Below, piece after piece: positions 35,730 through 49,700 of a stretch of 64,000 bases of DNA. This DNA is from Lingula anatina (Eukaryota; Animalia; Brachiopoda). Location: positions 14,756,001 through 14,820,000 of the forward strand of contig CM120645.1 of the NCBI GenBank assembly GCA_051362555.1, given 5' to 3'. A model generated the notes under the pieces. The model had not been told where the DNA came from. It worked only from the letters and a program-made list of their open reading frames with translations, and did not search any database. The position numbers and the translations under genes are program-made. Position 1 is the stretch's first letter, and the number at the start of each line of letters is the position of its first letter.

Positions 35730-37442
35730 TTGTGGACTTATCACACCTTTATTTCTAGATTGACTGTATTTAACGATGTTTTCTAATGAAACAATGACAA
35801 ATTTGGCACAGCAACAATTTCCATCATGAAGAAAAAGTGACCACGAGTGACTATCACTCAAAGGGCTTCAAGTTTTATGACGAAACCAATAAAAGTCTTT
35901 CCGAAAAATAATATTAACACTTACCGCCTTCTTGTGCTAAAGTCATTTTATCTAACAGCAGCAATCCCCATGCTACCAGAAACAAAGCGTCCATCCGAAC
36001 GCGTAAATCCATCGTTTGTGTTAAACGTAGAGTTCTGTATCTGTTAACCTCGAGTGCCTCAGTAAATCTATTTCTCCTCGAAGGCCTCGGAAAATCTGTT
36101 TCTCCTTCTCGCGATGATGGCTTGTACAAGTATGGTCTTTGCTAAGTGGTTTTAACATCCTTAATATGCCCGTGTGCTATCAGAGCCGCATCTCTGAGGC
36201 TTCGTGTTGTAAATTACACGGTGAGTCAAATCGTCAGCTATCGAGGCTTTCGTGTCCACTGAATATATGTTAACGAGATGGAACAGACCGGGTAGCCTCT
36301 TAAACAAAGCTTAGCCGCCTTTATCTGTCCATCGGCCAGGTGGGTGGATGAGTGTGAAGGCGGGTGGAAGGGTGAATGTGAGCGTGTTTGAAAGTGATCA
36401 GGCGAGAATGGAAAGGGGAAGGAAGATGGAGCACAATACAGTGTTAATGTCCAACTAAATATAACCGATGACGTGATAAGACAGACGCGACACTCGCTTT
36501 AACAGGCCTATGGTTTCGCATACGACTTTCTCTCGTCCTCTCTATGTTTTAATCATTTCTCATTATTCTCTAGGTAAAATAACTGGTCGTTTAAAATGCC
36601 AGTCATTCATTACTCTTTTTTTTATAAAGCAGTCCATCATTGATTTAATTTCGATTAAATATTGAGGATTGTGAAATAACCAACCGTAAAAAAATTTATA
36701 ATCTAATCTAGCTGACGCAATTCTAAACCTCGATGCTTTAAAAAAAGCCCCTGGGTTTTGAGCTAGGAGTTGTACTGATACTTATGTATGCCATACAACT
36801 CCTTGGTTTTGAGAGAGCTTTGGAATTCCTTTACTGTACTATTTTTACATAACAACTAGCTAGAATTCGTTTATCTATCTTAGACACTGGTTGCAAATAC
36901 ATCGTCTTCAAAACAATTTAAATCATTGGGTATAAAAATAAGTAACAAGGTGTGCTATTTTGTTCGAAGCGTTTCTTTATTATTATCCAACTTCTTATCA
37001 CGATTTTCAAGTATCTCCTCCCCCTCCCCCCTGTGCATTTGCATTTTTACATTGGTTTGTATTGCCAATGGTTTGAAAGGTGGCGATGGAGAGTGATTTT
37101 AGGATTCTGCAACAAATTGTCCTTCGTACATGTGTTTACACATTCCACTATTACATGTAGCTGACATTTATTAAAACTGAAAATCTGAGTGCATCCCGCA
37201 ACAGCCGTGCAAGAGAGCATCAAAAGCAGTTTCTGAACGGTAGCCCTAATTGTTTGAAAGATTTTGATAAATAGATTATTACCCTTTTTATCAAAGTTAT
37301 ATCAAACCTGACGTTTTAATTGATTGTGTTACAGCCCCGACAGGTTCTTGATTACATAAGGAATGCCGGCGCCACCGAGATTATATCAAATGCCGCGGGA
37401 TATGATCTTCCAGATTTGTATTTGTATTAGACCCCTTCCCAT

Positions 37443-37662
37443 ACCTAGATCGATCTAGTAGGCTCGACCCATCTCCGAGGGGATTCCCGCTTAACTACAT
37501 TCAGATTAAGCGGCTTAGCGACACGCCCACTGAAGCTGCTAAAAGATAGTTCATTGTAACAGCTTCAGTAGGCGTGTCAATCATCGAGCCGCTAATAAAG
37601 CTGAACGTAATTTAGCGGGAAACCTCTCGGAGATGGGTCGATCCTGCTAGATCGATCTTGGT
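37443..37662. mobile_element. About 220-bp foldback/MITE-like palindrome
   Basis: acctagatcgatctag...tcgacccatctccgagggg...gacacgcccactgaagctg is mirrored by cagcttcagtaggcgtgtc...cctctcggagatgggtcga...ctagatcgatcttggt. Confidence 0.75.
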
Positions 37663-40600
37663 TACTGATAACTAAAACTGAAAGAAAACAAGTCTGAAAC
37701 GTTTGTCAGGCATAACTGATTTATTTTTATTTACTTCTGCGTGATTCAAAGCAATAGAAAGAGATACATGATTTAATTGGATGTAATAGGATCGAAGTTT
37801 GACTTCATCAAGATACAAATAACTTATTATAAGTTAGTTATAATAAACAGATCACTGAAATGATTCTTAACATACATAACAGTATAAAACATAATTCAAC
37901 TTAAATTTAAAACATAAAATTATAGTTCATAAAGGGTAATGTAGTGAAGTACACGTCAGTGTATTTATCAGGATTAAATAAATTCATATTCTATAAGAGG
38001 CAGTAAAGCTTGCAGATGTACATTAATACTGCTTTCTTCAAAATTTTATTACTGTCCATTCCAACATGTCTTCCTGAACTCCCTATTCCATCAGTAATAT
38101 ACAAGTGCTGGAGATCAAGCACATGCATTTCCCCTCTATGGCTAATATAATTATCTTTGGCTATAAGGAAAATGAAACCATCTCAGTTATTTCTACTTAT
38201 TGTTATTCAGTGATATGGCTCATAAACAAATTGCTTTGGATGAAATTACTTAAAATGATTTGGTACGAAAAAAATGTTAGTGGGTTCTTAGTCATTTGTT
38301 TAGAGCAATGTATTCACAATTTTTCCATGGTTTTAATTTGAGGGCTATTCCTTTCAACAGTAATCTTTACCATAGCATTTTTCTCTTTAGTCTCAGAAAA
38401 AGACAACCTATCACATATCATTATCAAAAACAATCACCATGCACTTTCATTATAACAAAACAATAAATCATTCAAACATATCAAAACATGCAGGACACAA
38501 CAATACACAAGCATACTTAACACTGAACAATGACTCTTCTTTGTTCGACTTTTGACATGGACGCCTTCTTTCCAAAATATTATAAACATAGTCATACACA
38601 CAAAAATGTACAGAAGTACATAAGAGTCATATTGTGCTCTAAGTACCAAACTTGAATACGACCCATTTTTTAGTCAAAATGGACATAAGCACCTTATTTA
38701 TGCCAATACAACTGTTAATTAAGTGTAATTATACCTTTTATGTACATGTTAAGGACAAAGCATCACATCACCATTCCAATTAGACCATGCGTATATGGGA
38801 TCCAAACATGACAGATGGTTTTGCCTACAAATCTAACGAACAAAAATAATGATTATGATGTAGTAACCCATTGGTGATGAGAACTGCTTACTTTGGAACA
38901 AAATCTTATGAAATGGCAATGTTTGGCTCTCAGAAGCACTATCGGGTGTGATACCCACAGGTGGTCGAGTCTTGGATGCCCTGCCGGTGATTCTTGGTTC
39001 TTATACTAGGACTTGGAACCATAAGTAATGGTATAGAAAATTATTATGATGTTATATCACTCCTACTAGTACATGTCAATGTGCGTGAGAAAGCAAACTG
39101 TTACAGAATAACCTACTTTTTTGCGTGAAACCAGACGTGAGATTAATTTGTTTATCCATACTTTCTAGGTAAGTTGATAATATGTCTGTACAATAATGTA
39201 TATATCACAATTCTATACATTGGTTTAAAAAAAAGAGATATGAACTTTTTTCAGACTGATAGTTTTACAATTTTTTAAATCAACAAAAGGTATTTTAAAA
39301 TTTCCTTAAAAATGAAAATGCATTACCTTTAAAATGCTTAAAATCAATTCAAATCCATCCTACAATTCAATTCAAATCCATCTTTTATAATGTTATTCTA
39401 CATGTATATAACCTTGCTGTGATGGAAAAAAGTACAACTATCACAATTTAATTTTTTTCAAATAAAAGATATGTTGGCATAAGTACCATATTTTCTCACT
39501 AAATCATCAAGACATACACATTTCTGACTCCAATCACAGTTTTTAAGTGCACTGCACTATTCTCAAGTTAAAACACAAATTTAAGTGCCCTGGCTTCATG
39601 CCAAAATAGTCTAGAACAATAAAAACCAATTCCTCAGATGTTTTATCATTTGATCATCCAGTGAAATAAGTACATACCTCAGGATTAAATGAAAAATAGA
39701 AAATCGTCTGAGATAGCCCAAAACGAGGCTATGGGCACTGCACAATGTCATACGAGACTAGAAATCTTGGGAAAATCTGCATGAAGTTAGGTTAAGTTTA
39801 CAAGCAAGAAGAATGAAACTCTATGCACCATGAATGTTGCTATTATAGAAACCATTACAAAAATGACATGCAAATTATGGTGAAATAAACTGTTATTCAA
39901 CAAAACTTAAAAGCTAAAAACCAGAAAAATATCTGCAGATAAATCTGCCAACTCTTATTCATTGCAGCATCACACTCCCAAAGCCCATGAAATCTTTCTC
40001 AATTCTATTCCAAGTTGTGGGGCATCAGGCTATTTAACATAAACTGTTTTCCTTATTAGATTAGTATGAAATAATTATCTGCATTAACCAGTGAACAAGT
40101 CATACGTGTAAAATACATAAAATGTATGATTAACAGTAAGAATATTTCTTAGGATATTGTTTTAGCATCAAGCAGCTCAAAGCTTTACAAAGCCATTTAA
40201 ACATTTAGAGAAAAGACATTTAACTGTTCATAATACAAGAATAAGAATGAGCTTTAATACTCAAAAATGTACTTCTAATATGGCACAAAAATAGCACAAA
40301 CAACATAGTACATCCAAGAAGTGTACTGCAACATGAGTTTCAAAAACATGTAGGATTTTGCACTCAAAAGCAGCCTCAAAGTTTTTTCCTCTGAACATGT
40401 GATACAATTACCTACACTGAACAAGAACACATAATAGATTGAAACTGTGTGCAGTTTTGTCAATTTTTCTCATTTGCTATAAGTGCATCTTACAACCTGT
40501 TACCTCAAACACTCTATTATAACTCTTCATAACTGTACTAATCTTAAACAGGATACCTTGAAGTGTTTTGGCTAATTGTCAAAGTGCAAAACTTCGAGGA

Positions 40601-40778
40601 TACCTAACTTCTTTAACATTGCTCCTTAAAACAATAAGTAAATGGCACTTTGACAAGACATACATTTATGAATGAGTCTAATTTATTCTCAGGCATAAAA
40701 CTAATGCTAATATGAGATTGACCTTAGAATGACCTTGATCCAGGTCAAGGTCAAGGCCAAGGCCATCCTACTAGGGCA

Positions 40779-43700
40779 TTACGGCAGCTTCCATGCTCCA
40801 ATCATGGGCCGTGGTCCTTGTGGTTTACGTTCATTTCTGTGTGGAAACTCTGAAATGGAGCAAACGATGAGTTTATAATTATTTTTTTTGATGGAAACTT
40901 TACTGCAAATTAAACAAAAATATGAATGACAAAGATACATGCCATGATAAGCTCATTTTTCTTGTCATAATTTGTTTGTTATCCATGAATAAATATTATG
41001 GTGGTTTACATGGATAAGAAACATCTGAAAAGGATAAAATAACAAATCATTTTTAAATGTTCACGGTATAAGAATAAGAATTAAATCATCATAAAATGCA
41101 GCTTATCTTTAAATGTGAATGGCCAAAGTAACACAAAAGATAAGAATTTCAAACAATAATATCAAAACAATGAGAAATGCAAAGACACCTTTATTTTTTA
41201 CATAATATATTTCTGAAATTCAAGGCATTAAGATCATGTGTGTCATCCTGGACAGATTAGTTCAAGAATCATACACCCCATTTCCATAGATTAGATCGAC
41301 CTACTTTAGATCGACCTAACTCCCCGGGGTTCGCGCTAAATAGCTGTCAGCCGGGTGGATACGAAAGTTAATTACTCCTTACAGCTTCTAGTAGGCGGGG
41401 AGGGACACTTAAGGGGGATTATCTGACAGTAATCTAGTGAGACTCCCCGCGGTGATAGATCGATCTAAAGTTGTGGGAATAGACCCCTACATAGGGTTAA
41501 ATATACCACTGGTGAGCTTCTCTTTTAATATCTATCAATAAACCTATTCTCAACCTTATTTCTAAACTGTGTGATTTAGTGAACTCATTTTCTCTTTCAA
41601 AAATGTCAGCATAAATCCATTTATGATGACCACATGCATTGTCCACTATTAGTATAATACTATTTTGGCTTTAGCTTACTACTTGATCCAAGAAGGCACT
41701 ATCAAGAAAACTTCATGCTCACCCATATTAATTCTAAATACCAAAAGTCCAATTCTCACACATTTTACACAAAAAGGAGAAAAAAAAAACAAATTAGTCA
41801 ATGTACCAACCAAACTTATCCAAACATCACCAAATATACCATTATTTCACCACACATCATCAAATATGCCAATATTTCACCATACATGTCTCAGGGGCAT
41901 TGCCTTTTTTCTATAGGTCAAAAAATGCTGATTCCATATGTTTAGTATGTTAGTATAATGAGGAACAAGATAGGACAAATGCATGCAATAAGTGATCTAT
42001 CAGTACAATAGTTGCTGCTAAAGTGAACCTCTTTTCATTCACGGCAGATGTTTATACCTTTACAAATGTACTCAAATATTTTTTATACTGGAAACCAAAA
42101 CCCACATTTTCTCCCCCCCCCCCCCCCCCAAATATAACCATGCACTTATGTTACACATATTATTGCAAGATGTCTCCAATTTTAAAGCTAAATAACAAGA
42201 ATTATGAAAACTTTTTTTATTTTTATTTTAGTGATGATTATATATCTGGAAGATGTGTGCAGTGGTATGTACAAGTTTTTCCTACCCTGTAAGATAGAAT
42301 ACAGAAGTACTTTAAAAAGCAATGCACAAAAGGTTGGTGGATATGCATAATGTATACTCCTAAAAAGCTAGAGGCAGCAAAACTAATTCTCATTGATCTC
42401 TCTTTCTTTCTCCCTCTCTCTCTCTCTCTCTCTCTCTCGAATGATGCGTGAATAGGCAAATGCTTTGACATGCAAGCACAAAAATCACACAGATGGACAT
42501 ATACACACACACACATACACACACACTTTCTAAATATACATAAATAGCAAACTAAATGCCAAGTCCCATATGCATATCTGGAAAAGCACAGCAGAATCAT
42601 TCAACCTATAGGCAAGTCAGATTACAATATACACCATTGCAGTAAGTGTGACGTTAGATGTTATTTCAAGTAAATGTGTTGAAAAGAAGACAACTCGGGT
42701 GTTAATAAAAATACATAAAAACCTTGACTGTAAGATCAAAAGCTTTAATCTACTTCAATTCAAGATGCTATTTTTATTGCAGTGGAATTCTACTGACCTA
42801 TCTAGGCTTAAAGCAGCTATATGATTCTAGTTATAAAAAAATAAAGTTAAGACCAACTCAGCTGCCAGTCAATAGTTCCCATGTGAAACTACCACCTCTA
42901 ATCCCAGGCAAAGCAGGTTATAAATAAATAAATAACTAATCATGAATCTAATTTCAATAATATTAAAATACCAGCTTTATATCACCATCCAGTTGAAATG
43001 CTATAAATATATATTTACAAATTTATGAAAAGCCTCATAACTACTATATTTTAAAGTTTATCCAGGTTAATCTAATTAAAAAAGTTAAAATACACCGATG
43101 TGAACAAAAATAAGTTTTGAAAAAAATCAGCCTGCTTTATTTTACTGAATCTTAGGTGAAATCATGTTATGTTGTATTTCAAAAAGTAGCTGTTAGTAAA
43201 AGTAACTCCAATTGACAGTACCGAAATGAGAAATAATGCTTGAAGTTAAAAGTGAAAAAACAAGACCAGAATACAAATCATGTGAGAAAAGGTCACCAAA
43301 CAAAATCCTCTCTACTCTATGTCACTCTCAACTGAAAATCTCATCATATTCTTACCAACTTTTTTGAAAAAAGGATGGTGAGAAGGAGGACAAAACAATG
43401 CCTCGTCTGAATCTGAAACAAATGCACAATGAACAAAACAAAGCATGTGATACACTGCACATTTTTTGACAAAAAACATCCTACCACATTTAGAAACATA
43501 AATGAAGGTGTCATATAAGAGTCCAGATATCATATTAATAAAAGCTGCATTTCTAGACCAGTTGGGACAGTTTAACTTGGAACAACACATCTCATTTCTC
43601 ACCGTGTTTACCAAGTTATGGCCGCATTCACATCGAGTTGAGTCATGGCTCTACAAAGCCACGACCTAAATATGGCGGACGTACATGAAAGGAAAGCCGC

Positions 43701-46700
43701 CTAATCTTTTAATAGTCTCTCCGCCTTTCACACGCCTGCCCACGTGTTGTCCCAATGGAGCCGAGATTTAATGACTGTACCCCCGCAGGGACGACGCATG
43801 GGGAGGCGTGTGACAGGCAGGGAGACTATTAAAAGAGTTTTCCTTTCATGTACATCTGCCATATTTAGGCCGTGGCTTTGTAGAGCCATGGCTCAACTCT
43901 ATGTGAATGTGGCCTATGTCTCACAAATACCATGATGGAATCCTTCCATGACCATATGTTCACAAAATTCGGGCAACTGGTCCAAAGAGCATTTCATCAT
44001 CAAGAGTCATACATGTATATATAGAGAGCATGTACTTATCAACGAACTCTTGGAGCTTCAGCAAAACCCCCAAAAAGGATACCAGGGCTACATGTATCTA
44101 CTGTTACAGTAAGTTTAGTATTTTGGAAAAAGCTAGACCAAACAACAGCAATTTGTGTTTGAACAGTCATGTCCTTCACTGCCCATCGTCTAGTATGATA
44201 CTGACCTGTTTTAAATGGAATGAATACAGCAGGAGTGCTGACACCAGCTGATGGAAGACTGGGTTCCCTTCCCTGAAGATTGACAAATGACATATTTTAG
44301 CAGTAGAATTATAATTTTATCACACCTGTCTTCCCATAATGCAACAGCGATTGTTGATGTAGCAATCATAAATGTCTTCCCATAATACAACAGCAATTAT
44401 TGATGTAACAATCATCAATATCTTCCCATAATACAACAGCAATTGTTGATGTAACAATCATCAATATCTTCCCATAATACAACAGCAATTGTTGATGTAA
44501 CAATCATCAATATCTTCCCATAAAACAACAACAATTGTTGATGTAACAATCATCAATGTCTTCCCATAATACAACAGCAATTGTTGATGTAACAATCATC
44601 AATATCTTCCCATAATACAACAGCAATTGTTGATGTAACAATCATCAATATCTTCCCATAAAACAACAACAATTGTTGATGTAACAATCATCAATATCTT
44701 CTCATAATACAACACCAATTGTTGATGTAACAATCATCAATGTCTTCCCATAATACAACGGCAATTGTTGATGTAACAATCATCAATATCTTCCCATAAT
44801 ACAACAGCAATTGTTGATGTAACAATCATCAATATCTTCCCATAAAACAACAACAATTGTTGATGTAACAATCATCCAGTCTGTCCGCAGATCTTGCATA
44901 TCAATGCGTAAGCGGTGATCATTACAAAAACACCTACGCGCTTGCACAAAATAGTCCGCGACGTGTGTTTCGCGCCATGTTTTCCAAAATCCAAAGTTGT
45001 TATATAAATCCATGAAGCTCTGTGAATAACTCATTATTCAGCTTGAAACTTTCAAAAAATAATATTTAGAACTTGATGTAAACGCACAATGTAAAATGAA
45101 CATTTCAATTTCCACGAAAGCCTTGTATCAGTTGTCTACAAAGAGCACACGCATTTTTCTCAAGCGGATCGTGTAATTTTGTACCCTAAAATGAAATGAT
45201 TGTAGAAAAAATGGACAAACTTACTTTATTGATATTATAACGATTTATGCAACTATATATGCTGGAATTGAACCAAAAAGAATGAAAAATTTGTACAACC
45301 GTCCTTTTTTGTGAAATCCCTATTTTAGTTCGAAGTATGTAGGTCAGTCGAAACTGGGACTGTCACGCTGCACTGAGGAAGTGACTCGAAAGCGATTTTC
45401 TCGGCAAATCTTGCATTTCGGTTTAAAAAATTGAATGTTCAGCTTCTCAAGTGTATATTTATAGTATACAGTGTGTCATTGTCATAGTGAGAGTTGTTAT
45501 GGAAAATAATACGTGAAAAAAACGCCATCGGTGCTGCAGATCGACCATATCGCTGCCATAACATGGTTTTAGAATGGAAAAAATCTGCCGTTTGCCTTTC
45601 AAGTTACATAGCTTTGGGTTTGCAGACTTAAAGGTGAGTCTTTTTTTTTTTTTTTTTTTTTTTTTGCATTCACTAAGTTTCATATAAGCGCCGAAATGTA
45701 TAGAAATGATTTTGGAGTAACCTCCCTTCGCATAGTTCAGATGCACTTGTTGGGGTCCGCCATATAGATAAACGTCCCAATAAAATATTCGCCCCGATAG
45801 ATACGTCTCTATACATACACGTCTCAATAGATTTACGTCTCGTTAAATTTACGTTCCGATAGATCCACCAACAGATTCCTATAAACCCACGTATCTTTAG
45901 ATCCAGGTACCGCTAGATCCATCTATCTGACATCGTAATCGGCTAAAAGGCCCATATCAACTTGCGTTGTGAAATTTAGAACACATTTTTATGTTCTTTT
46001 TTGTTTTGTTTTGTTTAGAACACATTTACATGTAAATTCAGAACACTTTTTACGTGTTCGAATGTTGCATTTTGAGAACGCTTTAAACAGTGTTCTGACG
46101 CTAGAACAGTAATTAAGCGTTGTGAAATATAGAACACACTTTTGTTCTTTTTATGTTCTTTCACTGAGTATTGTTTGAAAACGATCTAGTAGAATAATAT
46201 ATTGCTGACTGCGTACTGCCGTTTTAAAGAAGTGCATTTTATGTACTGAGTAGTATACCAACCATTTCGAGCAATAGTGTACCTGTAATGGATCTATCGG
46301 TATTTGGATCTAAAAATACGTGGATCTATAGGTATGCGGATTTAAAGGACGTGGGTTTATGAGGACGTCATATCTATAGGAACGCAAATATATAGGACAG
46401 CAGAAAAAAATCGGATCTATCGGTATTTAAATCTAAAAAGACGTTTTTTCCGTTTTTCCTTTATGTATCTATCGGTAACGGGAGTATAGGGACGTGTAAT
46501 ATTTTGGGACTAAATTTTATCCGTACGTACCCCACTTGTTGACGTTCAGTACCAGTGAAATGTTATATTTTGTTGCAAAGTTATAGTTTTACTTTGTTTA
46601 CATACAATGTGTAGGCCTACTAGGATACCTTTATTCGTTCTATTTCCTTTACATACATGTATGATTTTATCATTATTGTACCACCAGCGTTAGCGCTGGC

Positions 46701-49700
46701 GGTACACATGGTTTCGGTCCCGTCCGGATCGTTCCGCCGGCTCCGCCGGCTCCGTTGGCTCCGCCGGCTCCGCCGGACGGCTACCGTTACCGCTTCTCCT
46801 CCTAGACGGTAAGGGCCCCCGTACCCATCTCATGGATTTAGGTCACCTATAATCTCAACTCGTTCCACGTAAAATTTGGGCTTTGTCGGTATTGGGGTCT
46901 GGGTGTGGCACTCATTGCAATGCACCCTTGTCTAAAAATGGCAAAATTAAATGCTAATTATCTACCCTACGGAAGGAGTTATGGGAAAAATTTCTATAGA
47001 CGGCTTTCCAAAAGTCATATGTGTTGATTTCAAATATACCCTTGGATTTGACCTTTGACCTTTACTTCAAGGTCAAATGGGCCAAAATTTTCAAAAAAAT
47101 GAAATTTTTTACGAAAAAAATTTTTTTTGCCCTGTTTTTCAGACACCACACAGACTTAACCAATAATATTATTGGAAGGTGTTACCCTTCAGGTCATCTT
47201 TCATCTCCATGAATTTGGGGTCAATCGGTGCATTTTCACGGGAGTAGCGGCCATAAGATACCGAAACTGAAAACTGTCTCTAATTCGGGAACCGTTAATG
47301 CTAGAGACCCATTCTTTTTTGCATTTTGTAGAGCATGTAAAGCCCAACACTGGAGGTGGTCTCCGTTTTTTTGTATTCCATACGGTTTTCGAGTTACGCT
47401 GTATCAAAAAGTACATATTGGTGGTAAAAGCAAAATGTGCAGTACGGTAATGGATAATAAATTTTGAACTCTGGAAAAATAAAACATAAGGCTTGGCAAA
47501 GCAGACAACTTGTGTTCAAAAATGACATTATTTCATCAAATTTGAACTTCTGAAACTTCAGAGCACCTCCTATTTCAAGAATTTTGACCAAAATGACATT
47601 TTCTTTATTTTAATTAATTTTTTCTGTACGAAATTTAAGGCACATTATGGTAACTCCAAAATTATAACATTTAGTCCCTTATATCTCCAAAACTGGCAGA
47701 GATAGGTCCATAGTTACTATTGAACTTGAATAGGAAGTCATATACTGGCAATCTTACTATGACCTTGAAAGTGACCTTTGACCTACTTTTCACCATGAAC
47801 TGAACTTTGCAAATTTTTCTTCCCTTTTATCTCCAAAACTGGCAGAGATAGGTCCATAGTTACTATTGAAGTTGAATAGGAAGTCATATACTGGCAATCT
47901 TACTATGACCTTGAAAGTGACCTTTGACCTACTTTTCACCATGAACTGAACTTTGCAAATTTTTCTTCCCTTTTATCTCCAAAACTGGCAGAGATAGGTC
48001 CATAGTTACTATTGAACTTGAATAGGAAGTCATATACTGGCAATCTAAATGTGACCTTAAAATTGACCTTTGACCTACTTTTCACCATAAACTGAACTTT
48101 GCAAAATTTGCTTCCCTTTTATCTCCAAAACTGGCAGAGATAGGTCCATAGTTACTATTGAACTTGAATAGGAAGTCATATACTGGCAATCTAAATGTGA
48201 CCTTAAAATTGACCTTTGACCTACTTTACACCATGAACTGAATTTTGCAAATTTTGCTTTCCTTTTATCTCCAAAACTGGCTGAGATAGGTCCGTAGTTA
48301 CTATTGAACTTGAATAGGAAGTCATATACTGGCAATCTAAATGTGACCTCAAAATTGACCTTTGACCTACTTTTCACCCAACTGAACTTTGCAAATTTTG
48401 CTTCCCTTTTATCTCCAAAACTGGCAGAGATAGGTCCATAGTTACTATTGAACTTGAATAGGAAGTCATATACTGGCAATCTAAATGTGACCTTGAAATT
48501 GACCTTTGACCTACTTTTCACCATGAACTGAATTTTGCAAATTTTGCTTCCCTTTTATCTCCAAAACTGGCTGAGATAGGTCCATAGTTACTATTGAACT
48601 TGAATAGGAAGTCATATACTGGCAATCTAAATGTGACCTTGAAATTGACCTTTGACCTACTTTTCACCATGAACTGAACTTTGCAAATTTTGCTTTCCTT
48701 TTATCTCCAAAACTGGCAGAGATAGGTCCATAGTTACTATTGAACTTGAAAAGGAAGTCATATACTGGCAATCTAAATGTGACCTTAAAATTGACCTTTG
48801 ACCTACTTTACACCATAAACTGAATTTTGCAAATTTTGCTTTCCTTTTATCTCCAAAACTGGCTGAGATAGGTCGGTAGTTACTATTGAACTTGAATAGG
48901 AAGTCATATACTGGCATTATAAATGTGACATTAAAATTGACCTTTGTCCTACTTTTCACCATAAACTGAACTTTGCAAATTTTGCTTCCCTTTTATCTCC
49001 AAAACTGGCAGAGATAGGTCCATAGTTACTATTGAACTTGAAAAGGAAGTCATATACTGGCAATCTAAATGTGACCTTAAAATTGACCTTTGACCTACTT
49101 TACACCATAAACTGAATTTTGCAAATTTTGCTTTCCTTTTATCTCCAAAACTGGCTGAGATAGGTCGGTAGTTACTATTGAACTTGAATAGGAAGTCATA
49201 TACTGGTATTATAAATGTGACATTAAAATTGACCTTTGTCCTACTTTTCACCATAAACTGAACTTTGCAAATTTTGCTTCCCTTTTATCTCCAAAACTGG
49301 CAGAGATAGGTCCATAGTTACTCTTGAACTTGAATAGGAAGTCATATACTGGCAATTTACTGTGACCTTGAAATTGACCCTTGACCTACCTTACGAAGAA
49401 CTTAAATTTGATTGTACCATATATATTTTTTGCAATAGTTTAAAAATTCTTGTTGATTGCATTTTTACAGCTTGTCAAGCACAAAACTGGTGGCTATGTC
49501 CCTTATTTTGTGTATGTGGGGGTCTATACGAATGCGCTTGCTCCAGCTGGTGGTACAATATTCGGAGGCGGTATCGCCTCTCTGATCCTCTAGTATTATA
49601 TTTATTTTTAACAGATTCCCGAATTTCATATCAGCTGACAATAAGGGAAGAGGTGTTCTAGTCAAGACCAGGGAAAATTTATTTCCATACGATTGTGTGT

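Noticed and set aside
30100-36500. Short ORFs and CpG/TAAT-rich patches (31600-31800, 33560-33760, 35050-35120) as genes or enhancers
   Set aside because: No spliceable frame or domain; a regulatory role is plausible but cannot be supported without conservation data
48075-49254. Repeated ORFs MVKSR(S/T)KVNF... on the minus strand
   Set aside because: Translation artefacts of the 146/292-bp tandem array
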